The notes under the pieces are model-generated. The model saw only the letters and a list, made by a program, of their open reading frames with translations. It had not been told where the DNA came from and made no database searches. From assembly GCF_009914755.1 (NCBI RefSeq), contig NC_060946.1: 64,000 bases of DNA. One strand, 5' to 3'. Origin of the DNA: the human T2T-CHM13v2.0 reference genome, Homo sapiens. The translations under genes were made by a program, and so were the position numbers. Below are positions 1 through 16,053 of the stretch, one piece after another; the stretch's first letter is position 1, and each line of letters opens with the position of its first letter.

Positions 1-2410
<2,410 letters not shown>

Positions 2411-2419
2411 GGTTAAAAA

Positions 2420-3590
2420 ATTATTACAGACACAGTCTGATGCAAATCTTTGACTTGGCTAGCTTCAAGGCTCTTAAAAGTCTAAGATTCCTTATTAAAA
2501 ATTTCCAACAAAGCCAATTTTAAGAAGTCTATATGGCCAATAAATATTCTTGCTGCACTTTATGGAAATAATCAGGCCAGTTATGATAAGACTAAAACTT
2601 ATTTTGCATACAAATTGGTCCTACTATGATTTGTCTTTGATAAAATGATGGACTAGAGAGAAAATTTATGTTGCAAAAGAAAACTATGACATATGCTATT
2701 AGATTCCAACCCTGATCATTGTTTTAGAGTTTTTATTATTTGCCTATAATTTGGTATGAATCCTGTATTATTTCCTGGCTCCGAGTGTTCCCTAGTGAAT
2801 CTGAATATAATATATTTTTAAAAACTTGTTTTATCCTGTCAGGAATGAGATGTATTTTTGAAGGGCTACTTAAACTAGCAATTACAATTCGATTATTATG
2901 ATTATAGAATCTCGGGATTTCTCTTCCTTCTTGTCAAGGTCTTTACCTGATGTTTGTCCATTAAAAAAAAAATGAGACTGATTACACTCTACTCAATACC
3001 GAAGACATGTACTTTAACCTGTCTCTGTTACCAGTAAACCAAAGCTTTAAATTTCAGAATCTGTCAGGGGCCCTGTGTGGTCCCTGGATCAACCACCCAT
3101 GGGCTTATGAATGTGTTGACTGCTGGCATATGAGAAGTAATTGTCTATTAGGTTATGTGACTCTTCCTCTTTCTATTTATAACTCCAATGTTTCTGAACA
3201 CTGAATTAGTTCATCGAAATACTTTCCAGAATTAGACAAACCATACTTGCAAACCAAGGAGATGAATTTTGGCCTATGTTTGGCAGAAGTCGCTTGCAAT
3301 GGTGGGGAGTAACCTCTCATGAACATATAATTAGAAATCTGTCAACCACTCTAGGTAACTTAGCAAATGAACTAGCTGAAGCCATAGCTACCAAACAAAG
3401 ACCTTTAGACTCTTTAGCCAGGATAGTCATGGATGAAGGAATAACTTTAGGCTACATAGTGGTGAAACAGGGAGAAATTCATATGGCAGCTAGCTAACAC
3501 ATCATGTTGTGTTTAGATCCATGCATCTTCTGAAGTTGAAACACATGGAAAAAAATAAGACAATATGGGTATTAATTATGACAAATCCTA
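2420..3590 (+). mobile_element. ERV1 (MER4-group) internal sequence with degenerate env TM remnant
   Basis: AT-rich MER4-int-like sequence. 3276-3497 translates to QRPLDSLARIVMDEGITLGYIVVKQGEI, resembling the env TM motif LDSLAxVVLxNRxALDYLLAxQGGVC. Confidence 0.6.
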
Positions 3591-3596
3591 GGGAAG

Positions 3597-4122
3597 AGGC
3601 TGAAATAGCTGTAACACAAACAGGGCTGAGACATGCCCCTTGCTTTCCATATTGTGGGCAAAGAGAAGGAAAGAAGAGCTGTGACCCTTTCGGAAGCCCA
3701 GACCTGGGAGATCCCTGAGCCAGGGCTGTGATTCCCTCTTTGGGGCCCTGTGGTTCCTGGTATCTCCAAGCTTCTGGGTGTCACTGTGTTCCCAGTGTGC
3801 CAGCTGTGGAAGCTGCTTGCAGTGCCCGTGGTCCAGCCACAGCCTTTTGGAGAGCTGGCACCCATGTTGGCACCTGGAGCTACCTGCCCCACTGCAGCAG
3901 CCAGCAAGTCTGACTGCACAGTGGCCAGACCCCATGCTCGCTCACACACCCCTTGCCACTCCACGCAGTCTCCCTTGGCAAACATGGGATCCAACCTGGT
4001 AGTATGAGCTAAGCACAGCCTGCCAGGCTGAGTGGGCAGGGCCCAAGCAAAACTCAGGTAAAGGTGCCACCAGCCACAGAGGTTTCTGTCCAGAAAAGTG
4101 ACACTCCAAAGATCCCGTAATA
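3597..4122 (+). mobile_element. MER52-family LTR, 3' portion
   Basis: Ends 'aaagtgacactccaaagatcccgtaata'. Reverse-complement-similar to the MER52 copy at 20379-21635. Confidence 0.75.
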
Positions 4123-4794
4123 CCGCTACTCTTCCCAGCCTCTGGAAACTATCAGTCTACTCTCTATCTTGCTGAGTTCAATTGTTTCAATTTTTAGCTC
4201 CCACAAATGAGTGAGAACATGCAAAGTCTGTCCTTCTGTGCCTGACTCATTGTACTTAACATAATGTCCCCTAGTTCCATCCACGTTGTTGCAAATGACA
4301 GAATCTTATTCTTTTTCATGGCTGAAGAGTACTCCATTGTGTACATGTGCTACATTTTCTTTATCCCTTCATCTGTTGATGCACACTTAGGTTGCTTCCA
4401 AATCTTGGCTATTATGAATAGTGCTGAAATAAATATGGGAATGCAGATATCTCTTTGATATACTATTTTTCCCTCCCTTGGGTATATACCCAGCAGTGGG
4501 ATTGCTGTATCATATGATAGTTCTATTTTTGATTTTTTGAGGGGCCTCCATATTGCTCTCCATAGTGAATGTTCTAATTTACATTCCCACCAACAGAGTA
4601 AGAGGGTTCTCTTTTCCCCACATTCTTGCAAGCATTTGTTATTGCCTGTCTTTTGCATAAAAGCCATTTTAATGGGGGTAAGATGATATCTTATTGTGGT
4701 TTTGATTTGAATTTCTCTGATGATCAGTGATATTGAGCATCTTTTCATATACCTATTTGACATTTATATATCTTCTTTTTTGTTTTTGCTCATT

Positions 4795-5059
4795 TTTTGA
4801 GACAGGGTCTCACTCTGTCACCCAGGCTGGAGTACAGTGGTATGATGATGGCTTACTGTAGTTTCCAGGGCTCAAGCAATCCTCCCACCTCAGCCTCCTG
4901 AGTATCTGGGACCACAGGCATGCATCACCATGCCCAGGTAGTTTTTAAAATTATTTGCTATGTTTTTCAGGTTGGTCTTGAACTCCTGGGCTCAAATGGT
5001 CCACCTGTCTTAGCTCCCCAGAATGCTGGAATTACAGGTGTGAGCCACTGCGCCTGACC
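4795..5059 (-). mobile_element. AluJ-like
   Basis: Poly-T then 'gagacagggtctcactctgtcacccaggctggag'; 'ctcaagcaatcctcccacctcagcc'. Confidence 0.88.
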
Positions 5060-5485
5060 TGTGTGCCTTCTTTTGAGAAATGTCTGTTCAGATTTTTTGC
5101 CCATTTAAATAATTGGATTATTAGTTTTTTTCTTATACAGTTGTTTGAACTCCTTATATATTCTGGTTATTAATCCCTTGTCAGATATATAGTTTGCAAA
5201 TATTTTCTTCCATTCTGTGGATTGTCTTTTCACTTTGTCCATTGTTTTCTTTACTATGCAGAAACTTTTGAACTTCATGTGATACCATTTGTTCATTTTT
5301 GCTTTGGTTGCCTGAGCTTTTGGAGTATTACTCAAGAAATCTGTGCCCAGACCAATTTCCTGGAGAGTTTCCCTAATGTTTTCTTTCAGTAGTTTCTTGT
5401 CCTTAATTTAAGTCTTTAACCCATTTGGATTTGATTTTTGTATATAGCACAAGAGAGGGTTCTAGTTTAATTATTCTGCCAATGA

Positions 5486-5746
5486 CTTTGGGAGGCTGAG
5501 GTGGGCAGATCATGAGGGCAGGATATCGATACCATCCTGGCTAACACGGTGAAACTGCGTCTCTACTAAAAATAAAATAAAAAAAAATTGGCTGGGCGTG
5601 GTGGTGGCACCTGTACTCCCAGCTACTTGGGAGGCTGAGGAGGAGAATGGTGTGAACCTCGGAGGTGGAGCTTGCAGTGAGCCCAGATAGCACCACTGCA
5701 CTGCAGCCTGAGCAACAGAGCTAGACTCCATCTCAAAAAAAAAAAT
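5486..5746 (+). mobile_element. Alu (S/Y type), 5'-truncated, with TSD
   Basis: Alu body and poly-A; 'aattattctgccaa' repeated on both sides. Confidence 0.92.
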
Positions 5747-7109
5747 TATTCTGCCAAGGAATATCTAGTTTTCCCAGCACAATTTGTTGAAAAGACTGTT
5801 CTCTCCCTCATGTATATTCTTGGCACCTTCATTGAAAATGAGTTAGTTGTAAACGTAAGGATTTATTTCTGGGTTCTCTATTCTGTTCCATTGGTCTATG
5901 TGTCTGTTTTATGCCAGTACCATGCTGTTTTGTTTACAATTGCTCTGTTGTGTAATTTAACGTCAGGTGATGTGATTCTTCCAGTTTTGTTCTTTTTGCT
6001 AAGGATGGCTTTGCGTATTCTGGGTCTTTTATGATTTCATATAAATTTTAGGATTTTTTTTCTGTTTCTGTGAAGAATATTATTAGTATTTCAATAGGGA
6101 TTGCATTGAATCTGTAGATTGCTTTATGAAGTATGTGTATTTTAACAATATTTACTCTTCCAATCAATGAACATGGACTATCTTTCCATTTTTTTTTTGG
6201 TGTCTTCTTTAATTTTTTTGCATTGATGTTCTATAGTTTTCATCATAGAGATCTTTCACTTCTTTTGTTGCATTTATTCCTAGATATTTTATTTTATTTG
6301 TAGCTATTGTAAATGGGATTACATTCTTGATTTTCTTCTTTAGATTGTTCATTTTTGTCATTTAGAAATGCTACTGATTTTTGTATTTTGATTTTGTATT
6401 GTGTGACTCTGAATTTGTTGATCAGTTCTAATAGTTTTTTGATAGAGTCCTTAGGTTTTTCCAAATATAAGATCAAATCACCTGCAAACAGGAAAACAAT
6501 AATAATTTTACATCTTTCAATTTGGATGCCCTTTATTGTTTTTCACTTTTCTGGATTGCTCTAGCTAGGACTTCCAGTACTATGTTGAGTAACAGTGTTG
6601 GAAGTGGATATTCTTGCCTTGTTCCAGATCTTAGAAGAAAGGCTTTCAGGTTATCTCTGTTCAGGATGATACTGGCTGTGGGTCTGTTGCATATGGTTTT
6701 TATTGTGTGGTGGTATGTTCCTTCTAAATCTAGTTTTTTTTTTAGGGTTTCTTTTTATCACAGGGATGTTGGATTTTATTAAATGCTTTTCAGCATCAAT
6801 TGAAATTACCATATGGTTTTTGTCCTTCATTCTGTTGATATGATGTCTCACATTGATTGATTTGCATATGTTGAACCATTTTGGCATCCTTGGGATGAAT
6901 CCCACTTAGACATGATGGATGGTCTTTTTCATAAAATGATTTTGGAAATACTACAGACTTCTCTGTTGTTTGACATAGTTTGAGTAGGATTGATAGTAAT
7001 TCTTCCTTCAATATTTGGTAAAATTAATCAGTGAAGCCATTGGATCCAGGCTTTTCTTTGCTAGGACATGTTTTATTATGGGTTCAATCTCATTTATCCT
7101 GTTCTTCTA

Positions 7110-7431
7110 GGTTTGTTGTTGGTTTTTGTTTGTCTGTTTGTTTGTTTGTTTTTGAGATGTAGTCTTGCTCTGTCACCCAGGATGGAGCTTGGTACAATCT
7201 CAGCTCACTGCACCTTCTGCCTCCCAGGTTCAAGTGATTCTCCTGCCTCAGCCTCTGGAGTAGCTGGGAGTACAGGTGCATGCCACCATGCCTGGCTAAT
7301 TTTTGTATTTTTAGTAGAGATGGGGTTTCACCATGTTGGCCAGGCTGGTCTTGAACTCCTGCCCTCAGGTGATCACCTGCCTTGGAGTCCCAAAGTGTTG
7401 GGATTACAGGCATGGGCCACGGTGCCTGGCC
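7110..7431 (-). mobile_element. AluS with (TTTG)n tail
   Basis: Antisense Alu dimer preceded by a (gttt)n microsatellite. Confidence 0.9.
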
Positions 7432-7843
7432 ATTACTTGCAGGTTTTTCAATTTATTGGAATATAGTTGGTCATAATAGTTTCTAATGATTCTTTGAATT
7501 TCTGCAGTATCAGTTGTAGTGTCTCCTTTTTAATCTCTGGTTTTATGTATTTGAGTCGTCTCTCTTTGTCTGGCTAAATGTTTGATGATTTTGTTGATCT
7601 TTAAAAAAATATTAACTTTTCATTTCATTGATATTTTATATTTTTAAATTTCAATTTGATTTATTTCTGCTCTGATCTTTGCTATGTTTCCTTCTACTAA
7701 TTTTGGTTTTGGTTTGCTCTTGCTTTTCTAATTATTTAAGATGCATTATTAGGTTGTTTATTTGAAGTTTTTCTACTTTTTTTGATGTAGGTGCTTTTTG
7801 CTATAAACTTACTCCTTAATGCTGTTTTTACTGTATCCCATAG

Positions 7844-8158
7844 GTTTTTTTTTTTTTTTTTTTTTTTTTTTGAGACGGAGTCTCTCTCTGTTGCCCAGGC
7901 TGGAGTGCGGTGGCATAATCTTGGCTTACTACAAGCTCTGCCTTCTGGGTTCATGCCATTCTCCCGCCTCAGCCTCCTGAGTATCTGGGACTACAGGTGC
8001 CCACCACCATGCCCGGCTAATTTTTGTTTTTTGTATTTTTAGTAGAGACGGGGTTTCACCGAGTTAGCCAGGATGGTCTCAATCTCCTGACCTCGTGATC
8101 CGCCCGACTCGTCCTCCCAAAGTGCTGGGATTACAGGCATGAGTCACTGTGCCCAGCC
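7844..8158 (-). mobile_element. AluY/Sc with TSD
   Basis: Long poly-T and Alu body; TSD 'tgtatcccataggtttt' on both sides. Confidence 0.93.
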
Positions 8159-8294
8159 TGTATCCCATAGGTTTTGGTTTGACTTTAAAGTTTTTCTTTT
8201 CTCAAAAACTCAGTGTCGTGGTACCGGCTTCTAGTGCTTTGGGCAGTGAGACCCTTTTACTTGATAACAGTGGTAGCTGGGACAACTTGGCAAC

Positions 8295-8590
8295 ACAAAT
8301 AAATAAACGACATCTAGATTGGAAAGGAAGAAGTACAGTTATCTTTATGTACAGATGACATGATCTTGCATTTAGAAAATCATAATAAATTTACTAAAAA
8401 GTGTTAAGACTCATGAACAAATTTAGGAATGTAACACTATATGAGATTGGTATACAAAAATAACTGTCTTTCTTTACCAAGAAATCAATAATCCAAAAAT
8501 GGAATTACAAAAATAAATATTGTTACAATAGAATTAAAGCTGGGGTAACTTTAACATAAGAAGCTTAAACTTGAACACTAAAAACTACAA
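8295..8590 (+). mobile_element. Old L1M ORF2 fragment
   Basis: 'agattggaaaggaagaagtacagttatctttatgtacagatgacatgatcttg' matches the L1 RT IGKEEVKLSLFADDMI region. Confidence 0.7.
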
Positions 8591-9139
8591 TACATGGTTA
8601 GTGTTGGAAACACCCAGGTACCATTCCTGAGCCTTCTCTCCTTGGCTCTGAGGACTTTACCTTCATGGGGTGAGGAAAGGGGTTGCATTCCTGGATTTTA
8701 CATTATATTAAGTGGGTTAGGGGTGAGGTATCTGCAAGTCAAATGAGTATTACAATCTCTACTTTTATGTATAAGAGACTGAGGCCCACAAAGAGAGGGA
8801 ATGACAATCCATATCCTGGAAGGCGAATTGTCAGGCACTGATTTCCCCCATGTAACCCCTGCCAGTTGTCGTGTATTTAAAGGATCCCCAGATACCTTAC
8901 CAATAGGTGTTCAAGAGAGAGGCCTGTAATCTAGGTGTCTGAGAAAACAAGGCTAGAGATTCCAATATTGGGGACAACAGGGCTCTGGGAAGAATAAGGT
9001 TGAGTTTTCTGGATCTTCAGAATAGAGTCACTGTGGACCAATTGCAAGATCAGAGGAGATGAAAGAACAAGTCAGGGCATGCTTAGGAAAAGAGAATACC
9101 AGGGATAGGTTTTAGGCAAGAGTCACACTGAGGAAGGGC

Positions 9140-9530
9140 ATGTTCTTGGTGTCGCTCAGGAAAAAATCCAAAAGCAAGCCTGTGGTGGAAGAAAGCAGCT
9201 CTACGGAGGCATTGGCAGTGTTACAGCCCTGCATCCACTCTGGCAGGGCAGGGAGTCCTCCGTGGGTTGTTCTCCCAGAGCAGCAGCCTAGGGGTGGCTT
9301 TTAGTCATTTTTATAATTCACTTTTAATGGCATGCTAATTAAGGGGCGGGTTACTCAGAAATAGCTAGAAATGAGCAGTAACTTCCAGCTGTTTCCATGG
9401 CGAGGGATGGGACTTCCCGTGCTGCCATGACAATGGCAAACTGTCATGGCACTGGTGGGAGCATCTTCTGGTGATCTGAGGCGTGAGGTACTTTCGCTGC
9501 CTCTCCCAGTTTCCTGTGTGCCTCTTACCT
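9140..9530. mobile_element. ERV1-class LTR fragment, subfamily uncertain
   Basis: 'cacttttaatggcatgctaattaaggggcggg...ccatgacaatggcaaactgtcatggcactggtggg' resembles ERV1 LTR consensus as I recall it. Confidence 0.5.
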
Positions 9531-10093
9531 GAAAGCCCTTCACACCCCCATCTGCCCACCTACAAACTTCACTGCCCTTTCACCCCACCCCCGTTTCACA
9601 CGCACTCCCACATCAATCCAGAGCATTCAAGCTGGCAGTTTCCCTGTTAGGAACCTCGGTGAGAGCTGGAGCTCTGAGAAACCCCTAGGCAGAACTCCTT
9701 GCCTAGTTTGTGGCAGACATCAGGGAAGGAAAGGCAAAGTTCTAGTCTTTCTCACAATAAATAAATAAAGATAGGTAGATTTGATTGATTGGTGGATGGA
9801 TGAAATGTGGGAGTTTATGGGCAAATATTTATCAGACACTGGAAGTGTAAGTTGTCACAAAGATTATGGAGTGCACCTGTCTTATGACCCTGTTATTTTA
9901 TCCTAGTATATACACTAAAGCATTTTTCCTAACCGCGTAAATTGAAGGCTCACAAATTAGTTTAGTGAGAGAAAAGATAACGGATTGGAAGAGAATTACC
10001 ATATTCATTAGTAGTGTTTTTAAAATTTAAAGTAAAATAGAGACATGATTTTTTTTCATGCTTTCGAATGCATCTATAAAAAAAAGACTTGAG

Positions 10094-10392
<299 letters not shown>

Positions 10393-10599
10393 TCATTAAT
10401 AGCATAGACCAATTGACCTCTATTGAAATTTCTCCATTATTTTCACAATGTCTCAGACTGTGAAACCAGGATTTAATAAAGAACCAGAATGCCACAACTG
10501 TGTCATGTGGGTAGGGACCAGTCCTGATCCATGAAGTCCGGGTCTCCGGGTAACTGGACTCACTACCGGGCAAAACAGAATGTGCGGCGTGTGTTCCTA

Positions 10600-11170
10600 A
10601 CGGGGGAAAGCAGACCTTCATGGGAAATGTAGTGTCACCTTCCAATGATGTCACCATGAAGGACCTTGGGAACCAGCTTTTCTCTCTGAGCATGCGCCAC
10701 CCCGCCCACTCTGCCATTTTCCTCCGGAAGTGCGCAACCCAGAGGCGGTCCTGCGGCTGGGCAGGCATGGCGCTTGGTTCTATGTCCCTGCGGGTCGGTG
10801 CGAGGGCGAAGAGGAACCCGTGGGACTCGGGGGATCCCGGGGAGCCGGACCAGTGTTACCCAGTTGTGGGAGCAGAGGCATGGGCGCATCGCAGGTGGGC
10901 GGGACCTGACGTGCAGGTGCGGGCCGCAGACCGTGGAGGGGCCTGGGAGGACAGGCGTGGGGTCCCGGCAGTGAAGCGGGTTCCAGAGGCGCAAGAGCAC
11001 GTAGGTGAGGCCGGTGGCCCTGGGACCGGAGTCTGCAGGCCGCGCTCCTGTCCTGCCGCTGAGGGACCCGGTTACCAACCCGCATGTCACTCAGTTTGCC
11101 CATCTGTCCCGGTGCTAACAGTTCTCGGGAGACGTTCCCCATTCCCAGAGGAGTAGTGCGAAACGCGTGC
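10600..11170 (+). promoter_or_regulatory. CpG-island housekeeping-type promoter and exon 1 of the KRAB-ZNF locus
   Basis: ZNF143/THAP11 motif tgggaaatgtagt (10621-10633, reverse complement ACTACAnnTCCCA). NRF1-like tgagcatgcgc (10687-10697). GC box ccccgccca (10700-10708). YY1-like gccatttt (10713-10720). ETS/GABPA ccggaagtg (10724-10732). CpG-rich. Splice donor tag|gtgagg at 11004/11005. Confidence 0.82.
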
Positions 11171-11944
11171 ACCTCTACTCTTAAACTGGGCGTTTGTATT
11201 AGTTGGGTTTCCTGGTGTCTCTTTAGCAAGTGAAGTTTCTGGTTCCCTCCTTCACTGTGTAACCTGCCTAGTCCTCCTTGGTTGCATTTACACAAGTTTA
11301 TACGAGACCTAGCTTCCAGGGAAGAACTCACTGATTCCACGAGGGAGATGGGGTAATGAATGATGGTCTTCAGCCTTAAGGGTACTTCAGTCTTAACTGT
11401 GTGTTACAAAGTTTGAAAGGGAGGTTTCCCTATGAATAAGAAGTGCACTTCAAAGAACAGCTGTCTGGTCTAACCTCTCACTGGTGCTTCAGAGGAGGAA
11501 AAAAGGTCACAGGTGATGATCCCAGTTTTCCTCACTCAGGAAATATTAATTCTACTCCCTAGAATGCACAAGATTTGCAAAGAATAGGTGATAGTAGAAG
11601 GTTTGGACGAACTTTCAGAAGGTTGAGGTGAATTCAGCTGAGAAGAACAGGCAAGGACCTAGGAAATATTCCTTATTTGAAGGGGCCTGAAAGTGTGGTC
11701 TGGGGTGCAGGAGTGACCTGTCATACTTGAGAAGATTAAAATACTCTCCAAACACAGTCCCATTCCTTCAACCTTAGCTTGTTGTTTCCAGCGTCTGAGA
11801 TATATTAAACCTAGTCCATCACCAAATTTAGCATTAGATTGTGAAGTTCTATTGATTGTATTTGATTTGTGATTTAAGATTTTCTCCCCCTACGTAATTT
11901 TGTTAAAAACACAGAAGTGAATTCTGTTCACTTAGGTGTAAGTG

Positions 11945-12420
11945 TTAATACTTGCTGTTTAAGGAACTAATTAAACCTTACTGGCTTATAAAAAACAACC
12001 ACCATTTTATTTGTTTGAAGTTCTGTGGATCTGCATTTTGGTGTGGTGGGTTCAGCTGGGTAGTTGATATATTTGTGTTGCCTGGATCAAAAAAAGTCCT
12101 TAGTCACCTGGTGCCTTGACTGAGCCTGGTTGGTTTAAGATAGTTTCCTTCACAATCTGGTGGTTTGTGGTGACCCTTGGCTAGGCCCTGTGTCTCCAAC
12201 AGGGTAGCTCCAGACCTCTTCACAATTTGACTGTGTCCAAAAAGGGAAGAACCAATGGATATTTGCACCACATTTTCCATTGTCCATTCACTGGACAAGT
12301 CAGATGGAAAAGCCCAATTTATTGTCAGAGCATAATATGAGGGCTTGGATAGAAGGAAAGGTGTTATTGGGAAACATGAGTAGAATGGTGTACTGCAGGA
12401 AATACATATTATGTACATTT
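11945..12420 (-). mobile_element. MLT1-type MaLR LTR, degenerate
   Basis: 'ggcttataaaaaacaaccaccattttatttg...ttctgtggatc...cagctggg' is a typical MLT1 signature. Confidence 0.5.
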
Positions 12421-12928
12421 TAAAAAACGTAATTGTAGGCCAAAATTGCTGGTTTGCAAGATGCACTTTCCATGATGTTCAAGTATAGAAAAGCAAGATG
12501 TACTGTCATGGGAACACTCATATGAAATTATTTGTGGAATCTACATATTAATAGGAAAATAGTTAATACAGCCCAGTATATTTCTATAACATTTATTTTA
12601 ATGAACTTATAATGCTTCTTTGTATTAAATTATTAGATTAAATCTTTAGGTAATATTGTTACTAAATTAGTAGGTAATACATATTTTTATTCAAAAATAA
12701 ATTGTGCATCTAGTGTCTACCAATTAATGTACTTGTAGATGTATCTTAACTTGAGTCCTTGCTGCCCCTAATGAGGCGTGAAGGACTCTTCTCCCATGGG
12801 GAAGTTTTTCTTTTTCAGGAGGTAGGAGGGCTTTCCCAGGTAATGTGTCTAGAGTGTTGAGCAGAAGAATCTGGGACCACACCACACCAGTTCTCTCCTT
12901 AATCCACGTCATTTGCCTTCTATTCCAG

Positions 12929-12987
12929 CTATGTTTCCAGTGTCCTCTGGGTGTTTCCAAAAGCAACAAGAAACGAATAAATCTCTG
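12929..12987 (+). pseudogene. ZNF717-like: Exon 2 (ATG at 12931; 19 codons MFPVSSGCFQKQQETNKSL)
   Basis: Acceptor ttgccttctattccag|ct, donor ctg|gtgagt, phase 0 into KRAB-A. Confidence 0.85.
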
Positions 12988-13380
12988 GTGAGTTGTTTAT
13001 TTGTTCTTCACTTTGTTTTACACTGTATTTTCTGAGTTTATGGGTGTCTGTGAATTAAAAAGGAAAAGTAGAAATAAGTAAAACTCAGGTTGAAGGAAAT
13101 ATACATAAATAAGATAAAGCTTACCTGTAGATATAGGCAGGTTATAAGAGCTTAGAGTTGTCTAAGTCGAGTGCAAATTTTCCTCTGATCTTTCTGATGC
13201 CAAGACAAAAAAGGCAGTCTTGTTTGTTATGTGATTGGAATGGAACCCGAGAAGAGAGCATGCTGTGTTCTTCTGGGACAGGAAAGCTTGCGTGCACCAA
13301 GTCTGAACCACCACCTTCATTGATGATATAGATTATGTGCTGGAACATATTTCACACCGGCCTGGCAGTAAACACTTGTA

Positions 13381-13464
13381 GTGTTGTGCAGTGGAAATGG
13401 TCATCTGCCGCTAAAGCACAGCGTGTTGTACAGTGGAAATGGTCATCTGCCGGTAAAGCACAGC
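13381..13464. repeat. 42-bp tandem duplication (2 copies)
   Basis: gtgttgt(g/a)cagtggaaatggtcatctgccg(c/g)taaagcacagc starting at 13381 and 13423. Confidence 0.9.
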
Positions 13465-13809
13465 TTCCATCGTAAGGTATGCTCCTTGCTCAAAGAGTGT
13501 GGTCCCAAAGAGCTTTTGGGACGTCCTCCTTGATTCATGGATGAAACCCAGAACATCTTGAGGACTGAGTTAACCATAGGTCCTTAAATAACTCTCCACA
13601 CCTTTTTCTTAGTTTATCTCTACATGCAGGGTGTGCAGCAGCCTGTTCAAAGTCATATTTTCTTGGAAATATTTCCAGGGTTTATTTGCACTTTAGCCCA
13701 CTCTGTGTAGTCTTAACTTATTTCTTCTAAACTCACCATTAACCTAAATAATAGTCAAATTTAGGGGGACTGTATTTGCCTTACTCGAGTCTTCTACCAT
13801 AGTTGAAAC

Positions 13810-14415
13810 TGTCGTACCCTAGTGAGTTAGAGAGAAACGCCACACTTTGAGATGAATTCAGGAGTCCTTTATTAGCCGGCGACTGAGAGATGGCTAACGC
13901 ACGAAATTCTTTCAGCCCTGAAGAAGGGAATAGATTTTCTTTTATACTTTGGTTTAGAGAGGGGAGGGGGGATTCTAGCTGGAGCAACTTTACAGAAGAA
14001 AAAACAGACAAAAGAGTTAAAAAGACAGATGGTTACAGGAAAACAAACTGTTCCCAGTGCGGGGGCTTTAAATTCACCACAAAGTGATAGGTGAGGGGGC
14101 TCTGGGCATTATTTGCCGGACAAATGTGGGGGCTTTATGATACTATTTCTGAGTAAATTGCTGGGAACTGCAGACATCGCTTGCCTCAGCACTTTATCAG
14201 TTAATTGCACTCTTTGATATGTTGAAAATCAGCTTGCACAAGTTAAAGTCCTTGAGGAAAGTGGGTGGGTACGGAGCCCTTGATGTCTTGTAAATGAAGG
14301 AGCCAAATGGAGTTTGTCTGGTTTTCTCAGCTAAGGGAGGGTCTATTCATATTAAAAACAAGGTTAGCTATCTACAGAAGAGTCTATTCATTTTAATACA
14401 ACGTTGGGTATTACA
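13810..14415 (-). mobile_element. LTR10-family (HERV-I) solo LTR
   Basis: TG...CA ends (tgtcgtaccc...gggtattaca), 4-bp TSD aaac, signature 'aaacgccacactttgagatgaattcaggagtcctttattagccggcgac'. Confidence 0.8.
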
Positions 14416-15225
14416 AAACGTCTGTTCATGATCTGGAAATTCTTCTGTGTTAGTTCTGTTAAAAGAAAAACATTAAAGAAGTTTAATTGAGCAATAAACG
14501 ATTCACGAATCGGACAGTCTCCAGAATCACAGCAGATTCACAGAGACTCCAGCGCAGTCATGTGGTGGAAGATTTATAGACAAAAGGGAAGTGGCATACC
14601 GAAATCGGAAGTGAGGTACAGAAACAACTCAGTGTTTGCCTTGTTTGAACACAGCTTGAACACTTGGCAGTGCCTGAGTGGTTGAAATTTGGCCACTGGG
14701 ATTGGCCAAGACGTAGCTGTTGTTCCAGGTGCATACTCTCAAGTTAGGTTTTCATTCTTGTCTACCTATTAAGGTAGGTTGCAGTACATCCACAATGACT
14801 CATATATAGAATTATGGAGTCCTTCTCAGGCCATACTTAGTTCATTTTAACAATTCCTTCCCTTTGGTTATTTTCTCAATTTTGAGAGATTGGCCAAAAT
14901 TCAGTCACTGGTGTCACAATTACCATTGCAAATATACTTACTTGGTTTAGAAACCCACTGGGAAATAGACCAGTGAGTTTTGAAAAGGTGGAACAAGGAC
15001 TTGAGTAGAAGGTACTTTCTTATGCTGGAACGTCCTGTTTACAGGAGAAAAACAAAACCTTGTTTGTTCTAGGATTTATGTGTTTCCTTAAAGTCTTAGT
15101 TTGATTATGTTACATTTAGCATGAGTGACTCCATTCTGGTTTGGTTTGGTCTGTTGGGACCTATTGCATGAGCTTAGTTCAAAACAATGGCCTCCCATAA
15201 TTTTGCTTAAAAAATTCCTCCTTTT

Positions 15226-15520
<295 letters not shown>

Positions 15521-15594
15521 TCATCCTTTTTAGTCAAGTTCTCACTTAGTTGAGAGTGTGACCAAAATGTAGGGCCTTAGCACCACTCTTAGTT

Positions 15595-16053
15595 ATCATT
15601 GTTTTGGGTTTCCAGTTTAGTATGTCACTCCCATTGTTTTGGGTTTCCAGGTTTAGCACGTCACTCCCATTGTTTTGAGTTTCTGGTTTAGCACATTACT
15701 CCCATTGTTTTGGGTTCTGGTTTTAGCATGTCACTCCCATTGTTTTGGGTTTCTGGTTTAGCATGTCACTCCCATTGTTTTGGGTTTCTGGTTTAGCATG
15801 TCACTCCCATTGTTTTAGGTTCCGCTTTTAGCACGTCACTCCCATTGTTTTGGGTTCTGGTTTTAGCATGTCATCCCCACTGTTTTGGGTTTCTGGTTTA
15901 GCATGTCACTCCCATTGTTTTAGTTTCCGCTTTTAGCACGTCACTCCCATTGTTTTGGGTTCTGGTTTTAGCATGTCATCCCCACTGTTTTGGGTTTCTG
16001 GTTTAGCATGTCACTCCCATTGTTTTGGGTTTCTGGTTTAGCATGTCACTCAC
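15595..16053. repeat. 35-bp minisatellite, ~13 copies, inside MER57 internal sequence
   Basis: Unit cccattgttttgggtttctggtttagcatgtcact. Confidence 0.93.

Larger units (their letters stand above)
4125..8180 (-). mobile_element. L1MA-type LINE-1 (3' end and ORF2), interrupted by four Alus
   Basis: Minus-strand L1 ORF2 peptides ([38 protein letters not shown]). Confidence 0.88.

Noticed and set aside
7068-7466. Alu-frame ORFs here and at 27994, 30663, 17361 and 63361
   Set aside because: Standard Alu translation artefacts ([26 protein letters not shown]).
12724-12969. Minus-strand 81-aa ORF
   Set aside because: Antisense to exon 2 and its intron, non-ATG start, no recognisable homology.
14225-14250. 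Possible p53 site in LTR10 (cagcttgcacaagtt)
   Set aside because: The half-sites overlap and have several mismatches to RRRCWWGYYY; not supportable by eye.
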